IMG/VR virus record: IMGVR_UViG_3300025288_000012
Coordinates: 126,919-190,918 of that record
Length of the DNA: 64,000 nucleotides
Reading direction: 5' to 3' (one strand)
Source: a virus
The position numbers and the translations under genes were made by a program. Positions 17,787 to 28,373 of the stretch are shown here, one piece after another (within the stretch, counting starts at the first letter, position 1; each line of letters starts with the position of its first letter). Under the pieces are notes generated by a model that was not told where the DNA came from, did no database searches, and saw nothing but the letters and a program-made list of their open reading frames with translations.

Positions 17787-18297
17787 TCCCGCACTAACTG
17801 ATATTGCAAAGCTTCAAGCTCTCCGCGACCCATTACTTTCGTTCAAATGGGTCGCGGAGTCCTTACCCACGATCAGTGGTATTCACCTTGAGCCAAGCTT
17901 CCTTGAAAGTATAGATCTTCCTTTCAACAATATCTCTATTGCTGATAGCTGGCATGGTGGGTCTGGCTTTACATACTACCCTGGCACCCATGATATTTCA
18001 AGTTTCAGCTGCACGTTCTACGAGGATAACCATGCAACTACCACCAAGTGGCTGATTGCCTGGAAAGCCTTGGTTAAGGACATGGACACGGGCTTCTACA
18101 ACCTGCCCAGTGTGTTCAAGAAGAACATCAATGTAATTATGCTGGACTCGAAGAACAACTCCGTCCTTAAGGCAGAAATGACTGGACTGTGGCCTGCTGA
18201 AACAGGCAACTTTGCCCTCAACTACAGTGATTCTGGTCGAATAATCATCACCCAGACCTTCAGTTGTGACGGTCAAGTGTTAACTCCGTTAATGTAA
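17779..18297 (+). CDS. Second tube-fold protein (tube initiator/gp54-like)
   Basis: Paralogous motif GLWPAETGNFALNYS; adjacent to the tube gene. Confidence 0.75.
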   Translation: MANPALTDIAKLQALRDPLLSFKWVAESLPTISGIHLEPSFLESIDLPFNNISIADSWHGGSGFTYYPGTHDISSFSCTFYEDNHATTTKWLIAWKALVKDMDTGFYNLPSVFKKNINVIMLDSKNNSVLKAEMTGLWPAETGNFALNYSDSGRIIITQTFSCDGQVLTPLM

Positions 18298-18317
18298 ACG
18301 AATTTTTTAATGAGGAG

Positions 18318-19109
18318 TTGCTGATGAACTACGATACCGAAGGAATGGCAAAGATACTTCGTGACCCTGATTGGAGCGACATTGGAAATTTGCCTTCCAA
18401 TTTCTTCCCGTACTCGTTCAAAGAACTGTATATCAGGCCGTTGACTGTGCAAGAACTTCGACTCTTCTCGAAGGCTGCCGCTCTTAATGACATGTCCCAT
18501 GTAGTTAAGGCAGTTGACTTATGCCTCTCTACTGAGGCTTCAAAAATCTCAATCGGTGACTTCTACTACGTCCTTATGTGGCTGAAGATTCACAGCACTC
18601 CCAAGACTCCTTACGTTGTTGAATGGCATTGCACTGAGAAAGTGTACCGGAACAAAGAGACCGGTGCACTAATCTTCAACGACGCTACTTTCAAGGTTCC
18701 TGAGGAACTTGATAAATACGAGCTTGTGGATTGTGGATGCCACAATAGCGAACTCGTGCACTTGACGGACATAGAAATCGTGCAGCTGCCTGAAGAGAAC
18801 TGGGAAGGTTTGCCCGAAGGTTTTGACTTCCCACGTGCTTCGATCCTACAGGAAGTGCGAGAAGCCCTTAAGGATCCAGAGCTTACATACATAGCTGGGC
18901 CAGCGCAGTGGATAGCTCACGGTGATACACTTGCCGAGAAGATCAAGTTCCTTGAGACTCAGAAAAATCTCGACATGTTTGACACTGCTGGCAGCCTTAA
19001 CGAGTTGCTGACTCATGGCATCAAGGAGACTACGACTCTCCACTGTCGAAATTGTCGAGTTACGTATCCTTTCGATATTCAACTAGAGCCTTACAATTTT
19101 TTCCGATAA
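18318..19109 (+). CDS. Tail/baseplate assembly chaperone (gpG- or gp26-like)
   Basis: IRPLTVQE; C-terminal CRNC; located before the tape measure gene; ends on a T-TTT-TTC slippery site. Confidence 0.7.
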   Translation: MLMNYDTEGMAKILRDPDWSDIGNLPSNFFPYSFKELYIRPLTVQELRLFSKAAALNDMSHVVKAVDLCLSTEASKISIGDFYYVLMWLKIHSTPKTPYVVEWHCTEKVYRNKETGALIFNDATFKVPEELDKYELVDCGCHNSELVHLTDIEIVQLPEENWEGLPEGFDFPRASILQEVREALKDPELTYIAGPAQWIAHGDTLAEKIKFLETQKNLDMFDTAGSLNELLTHGIKETTTLHCRNCRVTYPFDIQLEPYNFFR

Positions 19110-19249
19110 TTCCGGAGCAAGAGTTACTTGACATGCAGTATGAACTGGCTAGGCATAGGAACATACCGCCAGACATGAACATGCCAAGTAAAAGTCTGCT
19201 GTACTTTTACTCGAAGTACAAAAGAGATCGTGAAGAACAATCTCCCTAG
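19097..19249 (+). CDS. -1 frameshift extension (gpGT-like) of the chaperone
   Basis: Heptamer T TTT TTC at 19097-19103 is in the correct register; the -1 frame stays open (FFPIIPEQELLDMQYELARH...) to 19249. Confidence 0.7.
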   Translation, partial: FFPIIPEQELLDMQYELARHRNIPPDMNMPSKSLLYFYSKYKRDREEQSP

Positions 19250-19299
19250 TACTTAAAAGTTCGTACCTTAGGTATCCCGGAAAAACCACTGGAGTTAGT

Positions 19300-21462
19300 A
19301 TGAGTCTTCTAGAACGTTTGCAGAAACGAAAAGACGAGCTAAAGTCTCTGAGGGACAACTCTCCAGATCGCTACGCCTCTCGCATAACCGACGCATTCAA
19401 ATCAACCTTGGGTGCATTCGGTTCTGCCAAAGCAAGGCCCGAAAGAACTGACAACTCTAGCCAAAAGTTAGTAAACGAGTTGTCGCAGCAAGGTTCACAG
19501 AACGAACAGAACCAGCGAGTGAATCAGTTTCGCTCGCAACAGCAGCTAGCTCAAGGTAAGGCACAACTTGGTGCCACTACCAACCTTGACGAGTCTACCC
19601 GACTAGGAACGACTAAGATTACTGGTGCCCTCGGTGCCGTAATTATGGAGCTACGTAAGTGTTTCAAAGCCCTAGCTGAAAGCCAAGGTGGTTCGCCCTT
19701 AGATAGGTTTAACCCCTTCGACCGTAATCGGCGCAACAACGGCCCGATAGGTCCAAACCCCCCACGCAACAACGTATTAGGCAACGTAAAGACAGTTGCA
19801 GCTGTTGCTGCGGGTGGATACGCAGCGTATCAGGGCTACAGTAACGCATCCACACTGTTCGACAGCAAAACTCCTACAGCAGATAAGGTAACAGCAGGTG
19901 CACATCTACTCACCGCAGGAGCAGGTGCTGCCATTGGTGGAGTCCTAGGTGGTCCACAAGGTGTCGCATTTGGAGCTGCTGCAGGGGAAGCTCTTGCTAC
20001 CGCTGGAGATGCTGTAGGTAAGTCTATTGCAGGGTCAGTTGTAGGTGACAACCTAGGTCGTGGAATAGCACTGGTAATGAGTCCCTTCAGTGAGGACGCA
20101 CGGAGAAGTCTTGTTCTTGATTATCAGAATACTATCCTTCCGGCTATGTCCAATACCTTCGGCCCTGTTATAGGTGCCATTACAAGTTTCGGCAACTCTG
20201 TTAAGAGTACGCTTAGTGACTTCTGGAAAGGTACGAAAGATACAGCTGATAACTTGACTGAAGCAGGCTCACAGCTAAAAGAAGGCGTAAGATCCGCAGC
20301 CGGTACTGTGTGGGGTGGTGTTAAAGCGGCAGCTTCAAAAGTTGCACAAGGTGATGTTTCAGGTGCAGTCAGCACGTTGAAGACTGCTTCGACCAAAGGC
20401 TATACTGAGGTACTAGGTGCTGCCAAGGTATCAGCGGGTCTTGCCCGAGGCAGGTACAATGCTGAAGAGACTGCGTCCATACAGTCGTTGTCTGACAAAG
20501 GTGAAAAATTCAGAGGCGGTAAAGGCCTTACGTCAGACACAAAGAACATGATAACTGAGGTTGCCCGCAACAGCGGAGTTGACCCACGTTCAATGTTGAC
20601 AATGGCTCAGATCGAGTCCGCTGGTAACGCCAACGCTGTGTCTGCAACAGGTGCAGCTGGACTGTATCAGTTCACTGGAGGTACCGCACGCCAGTACGGC
20701 ATAAAGAATAGGTTCGATCCTAAAGAGAACACTGAAGCCGCAGCACGCTTAATGAAGGACAACGCCGATGCCTTGAAGAAACGGGGCATCGAAGCCACTA
20801 CTGAGAACTTGTATCTTGCCCATCAACAAGGTGTAGGTGGAGCAGCTGAGATAATCAATGCTGCTTCAGGCAAGGGTCAGCTTAGTGCTAAGACTGCCGA
20901 GAACATGCGTCTTAACTTCGGCAACATGACACCGCAGCAGTACCTTGACCTTAACAAGAAGAAAGTTGCTTCTGCTGCAAACGTAGTTGACACAACCACC
21001 TACGCTAGTGCGTACAACGAGCGTACACCTTCCACTGCAACACCTTCCACGTTAGGTGTTTCCAAGAGGGACACAACTACTGGTAAAGTTACGGTGGCAC
21101 TTACACCCGATACTGCTAGGGGTGAGCAAAAAGGTAGTGTGATCTCACCTAAAGCTACTACTGCTACCTCAGAGCCTGCATCTAGTCCTATTGTGTCTAC
21201 GCGCACTCCAATGGGATCGACAGTCGCTCCGGCTAGAGTTGCAACTGCTTCCGTTGCACCAGTTCAGAAAGTGTCTAAGTCTACTCCCGCAGAGCTAACA
21301 CCTGTGAAGGTAATTAATCAGACTGAGCCTGCACCAGAGAAACGCGCTGGTGCAACAACTGTCGTTAAATCAAGTCAACCAACTAGCGTACCTGGGTTGG
21401 ACGAGATACCACCGTTCTTCCCTGATCTTGCTTTAGCTTCAATAATGATGGGACGTGTGTAA
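19300..21462 (+). CDS. Tape measure-like protein with lytic transglycosylase (SLT) domain
   Basis: A/G-rich helical body; AQIESAGNANAVS..GLYQF..TA..YG SLT motif; S/T/P-rich tail. Confidence 0.8.
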   Translation: MSLLERLQKRKDELKSLRDNSPDRYASRITDAFKSTLGAFGSAKARPERTDNSSQKLVNELSQQGSQNEQNQRVNQFRSQQQLAQGKAQLGATTNLDESTRLGTTKITGALGAVIMELRKCFKALAESQGGSPLDRFNPFDRNRRNNGPIGPNPPRNNVLGNVKTVAAVAAGGYAAYQGYSNASTLFDSKTPTADKVTAGAHLLTAGAGAAIGGVLGGPQGVAFGAAAGEALATAGDAVGKSIAGSVVGDNLGRGIALVMSPFSEDARRSLVLDYQNTILPAMSNTFGPVIGAITSFGNSVKSTLSDFWKGTKDTADNLTEAGSQLKEGVRSAAGTVWGGVKAAASKVAQGDVSGAVSTLKTASTKGYTEVLGAAKVSAGLARGRYNAEETASIQSLSDKGEKFRGGKGLTSDTKNMITEVARNSGVDPRSMLTMAQIESAGNANAVSATGAAGLYQFTGGTARQYGIKNRFDPKENTEAAARLMKDNADALKKRGIEATTENLYLAHQQGVGGAAEIINAASGKGQLSAKTAENMRLNFGNMTPQQYLDLNKKKVASAANVVDTTTYASAYNERTPSTATPSTLGVSKRDTTTGKVTVALTPDTARGEQKGSVISPKATTATSEPASSPIVSTRTPMGSTVAPARVATASVAPVQKVSKSTPAELTPVKVINQTEPAPEKRAGATTVVKSSQPTSVPGLDEIPPFFPDLALASIMMGRV

Positions 21463-22178
21463 TGGCTAGTCCACTATTTCTGAACGTTGGGACAGCTTCG
21501 CAGCCTACTCCTTCTAGTAAAACCTTGACTGGTGTAGTTCCACACTACCAGGTGAGCCTGGATGTACGAGGAGACGAGACTGTAGGTAGCTCTGGAAAGA
21601 AGATATTCCCTATTATCGCCAACTTGCCCGAACGTTTCAACATGGAGTTCTCGTCCCAGTGGGATGCACCCATAGCTAGAACTAGTGCTGGTGACATAGC
21701 CTCGGCAGCTACAGGTGGAGCCGTAAGTGCTGCTACTATAAACGCTGGCCTTAGTGGTTCTGGTGTGGGCAAAGCTACCAGAGCACAGTCATTCCAGGTG
21801 TGGGAATCGTCTAGTTCGATGAAATTCAATATTGAGCTTGTGTTCAGGGCATTAACAAATTCACAGACTGATGTTCGTGAAAAGCACATAGCACTATTGA
21901 AGTTGACTGCACCATCTGAAGGACCGGGAGGGATATTGTTACCTCCTGGACCGAATATCAGAGAGCAAATAATCGACGGCCCTACATCCAGGATAATCAC
22001 AATGTACTTGGGCCGCTACCTCAAGTTGGAGAACGTTATTATAGACTCTGTGTCCTCTGATATTGCCTGCCTGTTCGACAAAGATGGCATACCGCAGTCA
22101 ATGACCATAAGCATAGGTGTGTCAAGCTTCTACACAAGTTTCACAACGACCGACATTGACCGAATGTTCACGGTGTAA
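21462..22178 (+). CDS. Baseplate/tube-initiator-like protein (gp48-like)
   Basis: Synteny after TMP; QVWESSS..F.IELVF..VIIDSVS pattern of tube-fold proteins. Confidence 0.6.
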   Translation: MASPLFLNVGTASQPTPSSKTLTGVVPHYQVSLDVRGDETVGSSGKKIFPIIANLPERFNMEFSSQWDAPIARTSAGDIASAATGGAVSAATINAGLSGSGVGKATRAQSFQVWESSSSMKFNIELVFRALTNSQTDVREKHIALLKLTAPSEGPGGILLPPGPNIREQIIDGPTSRIITMYLGRYLKLENVIIDSVSSDIACLFDKDGIPQSMTISIGVSSFYTSFTTTDIDRMFTV

Positions 22179-22180
22179 TC

Positions 22181-22528
22181 ATGACCCCAAACTTCAGCTC
22201 AAAATTCTACCGTGTCTTTAGCGTTACACCCGACGAGCATGGAATCGACCCTCTGCTCGACAAAATTGTACCGCACTTGAAGACCCTCAGTAAGTACTCA
22301 GTTCATCCTGTAACGCAAGATGAACGAGGCGCGCCTGACTTGATCTCACTACGGGAATACGGCACTGACGAACTGTGGTGGATGCTCATGGCCTACAATG
22401 GTATTGGCCACTACAAGAACATCGTCGAAGGTGTGATGCTCAAGATTCCGGACTACGCGGCACTAGTTGCAGTGAACAGCCAGAACACTATTCGTCCTGA
22501 CCGAATCCAACGTGTTATAACCATCTGA
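22181..22528 (+). CDS. Baseplate wedge protein, gp53/LysM-like
   Basis: PDLISLREYGTDELWWMLMAYNGI..G..LKIP. Confidence 0.8.
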   Translation: MTPNFSSKFYRVFSVTPDEHGIDPLLDKIVPHLKTLSKYSVHPVTQDERGAPDLISLREYGTDELWWMLMAYNGIGHYKNIVEGVMLKIPDYAALVAVNSQNTIRPDRIQRVITI

Positions 22529-22529
22529 T

Positions 22530-24725
22530 ATGCTTATCGTAGCAGGACGCATCTTCATTGACATTAAGATAGACCAAAAGTCTATCGACAATGCACCCAA
22601 CTTGTTCAACACGTTGACCCTAAGTGAGAGTATAGCCTCTCTATTTCCTGCCGCAACTATACTGCTTAACGACTACACAGGCAAGCTTCAAAAAGAGTTA
22701 GCCCTTACAGAGGGTAACGAAGTTCTCGTTACAGTTGGTCGTTCACCCAGCGAGCTAAGTACCGTAAGTCGTCAGTACCGTTTGTTCGGTGTTAAGCAGG
22801 ACATGGCCTCATTCGGTCCAGTCATGCACGTCCATTGCATATATGATGCACCTGACTTCATATCAAAAAATTCTAATGAGCACTACCTAGGTACTAGCTC
22901 CAAAGTTCTGCAGTCAGTAGCGGATAAGTGCAAGCTGTACTATTGTGGACCAGAAAAGTACAACGGTCGTTCCATGAACGACAGTCAAAACTGGTGGAAC
23001 ATAAACAGAAGCAGAGCTTCCTTTTCCCAGCAGAACGTAGCCCGTCACGGGTACATGGACAACTATAGCGCCATGTGTGCTGCAGTTACGTCCTTAGGTG
23101 AATTGCGTTACCGCAACCTCATGGACGTAATAGAGTCTCCTCTGGAACGAATCGAATACTTGTTTGTTCATGCCGCTCCTCAGGCTGAAGAAGACAAAAA
23201 ACTGTCTGTCTACCTGGTTGACAAGGCTGAAGCTCACTCTGACGCTGGTCTAATGAACAGTTGGCAGAACTACGGCTCTACAAGAGTGGTTCATTCTCGT
23301 CATGGTGATGAATCCTTTGAGGAATCAGTAGACGTAAACACCAGTGGTAAGTACCTTGCGGTAAACGATCAAGTATCAAAGACCATAGGTAAGGCTCGTT
23401 TTGACCATAGCCTTCTAGACTGCGGCAATGTTAATGAGAAGTACGAACGAGCCTTCTACCAGAACGTAAAGCAGCTAGCACTGTTTAGCGAACGTGTTAG
23501 TGTGCTAGTAAGCTCACCTACTACGGTTCAGTTGCTTGATCCAGTTCTGTACCGTCAGAGTTTCTCAGACCCTAAAGAAACTGCAAGTGTATCAGACATC
23601 TACATAGTGGTTGGTAAGACCATACGAGTCAAGCAAGGCATCTATTATGCTGAACGACTTGAACTTGTACGCATGTCTCTTACTGAGAAAGGAGAATCTT
23701 CTTTGAAATGCGCCATCACACCCGATAAGGCAGCAGCGTCTGCTATGCCTGAATCCCAGATAGACCCAACTGTTATGACTCAGCCTGGTAAGCCTGGTAC
23801 TGTTGCTACTCAGCTGGGTAAAGCTACAGACATACAAGCAGCCGCAAAGGATGTTGACACTAAATCGGCCGCTGCAAAAGTAAGTTCGTTGAAAGTAGCG
23901 AAGGCTTCAGTCAACATTCTGAGGTCAGCATTAGCCGTTGCGAAACTCGTTAAGGGTGGAATCGAAGGCATAGTAGCTAGCCCAGCTGGAGCAATTCAGA
24001 CTTTAGGTGGTGCTACAGGGTCTCTTCTGGCTTACAACAAGACAGTGGGTGGATTCGGCAGTGAATACATGCAGTCAGGTGTAGCTGCAATAGAATACGC
24101 CGATGCTCAACTAAACAACAAGTCGTTCAATGAGGCCGTTAGGGTTGCGGCACTTACTAAGCCAGGTGGACTAGCCGAGAACCAAGCAGCCATTACTGGT
24201 GCAATAGGACTTAACAAGAAGCTGAGCGCAATCTTCAACTCAGGCTCTGAAGTTGTTAATTCCTCAACGTCTATTTATGCACTTCGTAACGAACCAGGTG
24301 GTACTCAGGCACTCGATGCGTTCAACGGTAGGGTTGAAGAGCTTAACAAGAACTCTACCGACATAAACAAAGGTCTGGCCGACATGTGGAACGGAAGCGT
24401 TAGCCTGTTGACAGGAAAGAGTGTACCAACCATTGCACCCGCGAAGAAAGCCTCCGAGTCTATCTACAGCTTCGTGGATGGGTCTTTGGCCCAGCCTAGC
24501 ACGTATGAGGCAAAGGTGAAAAGTCCTAGTGACGTGAAGTCTGAGTTCCTTAAGGCCATTACAAAGAAGAGCGAAGACCGGTCGTCACCTTGGGCAGACG
24601 AACTTGACATGAACTTTTACAGGGTATCCGCAAAGGCCAATCCTACTGACGTAGAAGAAACGGCTGTTGCCTTGGAAAAGGACATTTCCAACTACCAAGC
24701 ACAGCAAGCACTAAACTATATTTGA
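22530..24725 (+). CDS. Baseplate hub protein (gp27/gpD-like) with helical C-terminal extension
   Basis: Position between gp53-like and gp5-like genes; beta-rich N-terminal ~400 aa. Confidence 0.65.
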   Translation: MLIVAGRIFIDIKIDQKSIDNAPNLFNTLTLSESIASLFPAATILLNDYTGKLQKELALTEGNEVLVTVGRSPSELSTVSRQYRLFGVKQDMASFGPVMHVHCIYDAPDFISKNSNEHYLGTSSKVLQSVADKCKLYYCGPEKYNGRSMNDSQNWWNINRSRASFSQQNVARHGYMDNYSAMCAAVTSLGELRYRNLMDVIESPLERIEYLFVHAAPQAEEDKKLSVYLVDKAEAHSDAGLMNSWQNYGSTRVVHSRHGDESFEESVDVNTSGKYLAVNDQVSKTIGKARFDHSLLDCGNVNEKYERAFYQNVKQLALFSERVSVLVSSPTTVQLLDPVLYRQSFSDPKETASVSDIYIVVGKTIRVKQGIYYAERLELVRMSLTEKGESSLKCAITPDKAAASAMPESQIDPTVMTQPGKPGTVATQLGKATDIQAAAKDVDTKSAAAKVSSLKVAKASVNILRSALAVAKLVKGGIEGIVASPAGAIQTLGGATGSLLAYNKTVGGFGSEYMQSGVAAIEYADAQLNNKSFNEAVRVAALTKPGGLAENQAAITGAIGLNKKLSAIFNSGSEVVNSSTSIYALRNEPGGTQALDAFNGRVEELNKNSTDINKGLADMWNGSVSLLTGKSVPTIAPAKKASESIYSFVDGSLAQPSTYEAKVKSPSDVKSEFLKAITKKSEDRSSPWADELDMNFYRVSAKANPTDVEETAVALEKDISNYQAQQALNYI

Positions 24726-24726
24726 T

Positions 24727-25518
24727 ATGTCTACACTATTCGGTGACCAAAACCCTGGACTGTCAGCTTCTCAGCTGTACCAAGCTGTAGTTGTGGATAA
24801 CAACGACCCTGAGAAGTTAGGCAAGATACGTGCGCGGGTATCGCAGATCTTTGACGGCATTGACGACGACAACCTACCATGGGCAATACCAACCTTCGGT
24901 CATGTGGATGGAGCAACCGCCGAATCAGGTATATTGTGCATACCTAAGGTCGGCAGCAAAGTGTTGCTTCATTTTCAAAACGGCTCTCCTTTCCATCCTA
25001 TATACCAAGGCTACACTGTAGACACAAAGACAAAGCTCGAAGAGGCTGATACAAACTACCCTAACAGAGCTGTGGTACGTTTCAAGAACGGACTCGTAGT
25101 TGTTATCGACACCTCCACGAACGAAATTTTCCTTCGCAACACTGGGGACCTTCATGCACTCATTGAAGGTAATCTAGACCTTACCGTAATGGGGGATTTC
25201 ACTACCCGTGTTGCTGGTAGCATGGAGCAGATAGTTAACCAGAACAGAGTGAGTAGAACGGGGCAAGCATCAATAGACATAGTTACGGGTGATCGTCAAG
25301 AGTTGACTGGTGGATCTGAACAGAGCTTCATTAGAGGCACCTCAGGGTACTACGTTAGTGGGAATTACACCATGGTTGCCTCGAACATCTACGAGAATCC
25401 CAATTCCGGAGCGCCTGCAGCACCCACAGAACCAACGCAAGAAGCTCCTTATGTGTGGCCAGGAATTAACCGTGGTGGGCTTCCTAATAACTTGTGGGAC
25501 ATACTGCAATTCTGGTAA
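24727..25518 (+). CDS. Central spike protein (gp5/gpV-like)
   Basis: AVVVDNNDPEKLGKIRARV..LPWA..IPKVGSKVLLHFQNG OB-fold; beta-helix-type repeats. Confidence 0.9.
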   Translation: MSTLFGDQNPGLSASQLYQAVVVDNNDPEKLGKIRARVSQIFDGIDDDNLPWAIPTFGHVDGATAESGILCIPKVGSKVLLHFQNGSPFHPIYQGYTVDTKTKLEEADTNYPNRAVVRFKNGLVVVIDTSTNEIFLRNTGDLHALIEGNLDLTVMGDFTTRVAGSMEQIVNQNRVSRTGQASIDIVTGDRQELTGGSEQSFIRGTSGYYVSGNYTMVASNIYENPNSGAPAAPTEPTQEAPYVWPGINRGGLPNNLWDILQFW

Positions 25519-25563
25519 CCAGGCACGAACGTAATTTTAGGCATGTAATTTGAGGAGTTTATT

Positions 25564-25857
25564 GTGCCAGCAGCAGTTCGTTTAGGTGATGTGTGCACCG
25601 GTCATGGCTGTTTCCCTTCTCGTCCTAATGACGAGGGCAGCCCTAACGTCTTTGTAAATGACTTGCCGTCCCATCGTCTTACTGACCACTGGGTTACTCA
25701 CTGCTGCCCTCCTCCGTCTCCGTGCCACGATAGCGTAGCTGCTGAAGGCTCACCCAATGTGTTCGTTAACGACTTGCCGAAGTGCCGAATAGGTGATGCT
25801 GTTGCCTGTGGTTCTACTATGGCGACTGGGTCAAACAACGTCTTTGTAAATGACTAA
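25564..25857 (+). CDS. PAAR spike-tip protein
   Basis: PAAVRLGD.C.GH; GSPNVFVN repeats; His/Cys metal ligands. Confidence 0.95.
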   Translation: MPAAVRLGDVCTGHGCFPSRPNDEGSPNVFVNDLPSHRLTDHWVTHCCPPPSPCHDSVAAEGSPNVFVNDLPKCRIGDAVACGSTMATGSNNVFVND

Positions 25858-25860
25858 CTC

Positions 25861-26250
25861 ATGAGCTACACTGAACCGATCCTGTTTTCAGACGTCAATC
25901 CAGACATAGGGCAAAACAGCCCTTATGAATTGGTGAAGAATGAATCTGCAATCCAGAAATCCATACTGACCATACTAGGCACTAGAAAAAACACAAGGCC
26001 TTTTCGCCGTCACTTCGGTTCCTACCTGCAGGATCTGCTCTTCGACCCTATGGATGACTTCACAGGTGAACGGATAAAGACTGAGATCATACGGTCGATA
26101 GAAGAGTGGGAGCCACGGGTGACGGTTAAAAGTTCCAAGGTCGTACCAGACTTCGACAAGCAGCTTTACTACGTAGAGATAAGCTTCATAATACCAAAGT
26201 TGAACAACAAGTCAGTGTCTCTGGCGTTCAATTTGTCTACTTCAAAATAG
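25861..26250 (+). CDS. Baseplate wedge gp25-like protein
   Basis: ILGT..RPFRRHFGS.L.DLLF..WEPRV. Confidence 0.9.
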   Translation: MSYTEPILFSDVNPDIGQNSPYELVKNESAIQKSILTILGTRKNTRPFRRHFGSYLQDLLFDPMDDFTGERIKTEIIRSIEEWEPRVTVKSSKVVPDFDKQLYYVEISFIIPKLNNKSVSLAFNLSTSK

Positions 26251-26258
26251 GGTCCTCA

Positions 26259-27686
26259 ATGTCTTCACCTCTTACGTTATCACTAGCGAAGCCGGATTTT
26301 GAATCTCTAGTCCTGCAGCTTCAGCTGTACCTGGCTGCAAAAGGAACTTGGTCAGACCTGTTGACGTCTTCAACAGGTGAAACCCTTATCGAAATGATGG
26401 GGGCCGTAGGTGCCTTCAATCAATTTGCGATTGAATCAGCGGCTCGTGAAGACTTCCTAGAGACTGCAGTACGGGACAGTTCTATTTACGCCATTGCAGA
26501 CATGCTGGGTGTACGCATTACTCGAAAGTCTCCTGCAAGTACCGGAGTCATACTTACCCGTGAGTCAAACGTAGGCATACTTACCATGCCCAGGTTCAGT
26601 GTGTTCACAGTAGATGGTGAGCTGTTCTTTAACCGTGAAAGCATTACGTTCAACAGTGGTGCTACTGAGTCTAATCCTTCAGTCTTGTACGAAGGCACTA
26701 TGCGGACGCAGTCAATAAGTGCTAGCGCCTCTACCTTTAACAAGATCTATTTGAATGAGCTGGGCTTCGGTGTCTCCGATGCTGACGTAGATGTTTACTT
26801 AGTAAACACCTCAACTGGAGAACGTGAGCTTTGGAATCAGACCACCGATGGTATCTGGATAGCCGGACCATTTGACAAAGTTTACTACGATAGCACTACT
26901 GGTGACGGCGACACAGCCTTAGCCTTTGGTGACGGCAATCACGGTAAGCTTCCGACTATTGGTTACACCTTGGAAATTGACTATGCGGTAACCAAAGGAA
27001 GCGAAGGTAACAATGGTCAGGCGGGACTAAAGATCGAATATCCAACGGATCCAACCATCAAAGGCTTCACTACAAGCACTGTAGCTGGTGGTGCAGATCA
27101 GAAATCTGCCTCGTACTACTCAGCTCTCGCACCGTACATCTACCGGGCACGTAAGCGTGCGGTGAATCCATCTGACTACAAAGCCATCGCCACTGATTAC
27201 CCCAGCGTTGCTTCTGTTACGATCAAGTCTCAACGAGATATTGCACCAGGTGATCTACGCTGGATGAACGTAGTGCGCATCTGTGTGTTGCCTAAAGAGA
27301 CGGACGTCTACACCACAGTTGAATGGGACGACTTCCTTTCGTGGTTCAGTGACAAGAAGCATGCGGCCGTACACATCCAAACGTATAACCCCACAAAGGT
27401 GGTGGTAAACATTCATGTGACACTAGCTCTGTCCCCCAGTGCCGTCTCAGCAGATATAATTCCAACTGTAACTTCTGCAATAACAGCGCTATTTGAGAAG
27501 TCTACAACCACTTTAGGCAGGCGTTTAGCTATATCAGACATAACTCAAGTCTGTAAAATAGCAGGTGTTGATTACGTTGACATGGTCACACCTCTAGCAG
27601 ACCAGGTTGCTACTGATGACTACACGTACTTCAGCCTGGGTACGCTGCAAGTTAGTACCAATTACACTGAAAGGAATTCTATCTGA
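26259..27686 (+). CDS. Baseplate J / gp6-like wedge protein
   Basis: PDFE; FLETA.RDS; FGDG.HGK.P; GGAD; RAVNPSDY. Confidence 0.9.
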   Translation: MSSPLTLSLAKPDFESLVLQLQLYLAAKGTWSDLLTSSTGETLIEMMGAVGAFNQFAIESAAREDFLETAVRDSSIYAIADMLGVRITRKSPASTGVILTRESNVGILTMPRFSVFTVDGELFFNRESITFNSGATESNPSVLYEGTMRTQSISASASTFNKIYLNELGFGVSDADVDVYLVNTSTGERELWNQTTDGIWIAGPFDKVYYDSTTGDGDTALAFGDGNHGKLPTIGYTLEIDYAVTKGSEGNNGQAGLKIEYPTDPTIKGFTTSTVAGGADQKSASYYSALAPYIYRARKRAVNPSDYKAIATDYPSVASVTIKSQRDIAPGDLRWMNVVRICVLPKETDVYTTVEWDDFLSWFSDKKHAAVHIQTYNPTKVVVNIHVTLALSPSAVSADIIPTVTSAITALFEKSTTTLGRRLAISDITQVCKIAGVDYVDMVTPLADQVATDDYTYFSLGTLQVSTNYTERNSI

Positions 27687-28360
27687 TGGCCGGAGACAAT
27701 ATTCCTTCTCCCGTTGTAAGCTCAAATGAACTGTTGGTAGAAATACTTGGTAACAACCAATTATGGTCTGACCTAGCTGAGGCTTTCAACGAGGTAATGA
27801 GTCTCAACGTTGACCAGCTGATCTTCGAGTTGGAACGTATAAGATTCATTCGTCAGGATTCAGATCAAGAGTTGCTGAAGTCAACGGCCCGCATGTTGGG
27901 TTTCAATGCGACGCAGGACGTACTCAACCTAAATTCGGATAGCCTGACACGACTGGTATCTCAGCTTCCACTGTATCCGGATCAGAATAGTACAGAATAC
28001 TTCGTGAACTTCATTGACGTGCTGCTAAACTCCTCCGTCAAGGTAGGCTATCTGTACACTAAGGACTACGTCAATTTCACAACTACGCTGGGTGGGACCC
28101 TTATTACAGACGGCGGCGAGTGGTTTAAGACTACGCACATAGAGCTCACCATAGCTCTGTTGAACTTGTCCTCCTTGCTGCTGAACCCAGGTGAGACGTT
28201 GCTGCAAAGGGCAATCGAACTATTTTACGCGTACTCTCCGATACCACTTGTAATCGAGAAACTCAGATTTGCCGTTGTCATAGATGATTGGCCTGGTGGT
28301 TCTGCCTTCGGTATGGCCGCGAAGATCATCGGTGGACGTACACACACTATTTTGGAATAA
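27686..28360 (+). CDS. Baseplate wedge protein (gpI/gp7-like)
   Basis: Follows the J-like gene; L...ARMLGF pattern. Confidence 0.65.
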   Translation: MAGDNIPSPVVSSNELLVEILGNNQLWSDLAEAFNEVMSLNVDQLIFELERIRFIRQDSDQELLKSTARMLGFNATQDVLNLNSDSLTRLVSQLPLYPDQNSTEYFVNFIDVLLNSSVKVGYLYTKDYVNFTTTLGGTLITDGGEWFKTTHIELTIALLNLSSLLLNPGETLLQRAIELFYAYSPIPLVIEKLRFAVVIDDWPGGSAFGMAAKIIGGRTHTILE

Positions 28361-28373
28361 CAAAGGTGCTAAC

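Noticed and set aside
24727-26250. VgrG/PAAR/gp25 as a type VI secretion system or tailocin
   Set aside because: Contiguous with capsid, protease and scaffold genes and no T6SS membrane-complex genes, so this is a phage baseplate.
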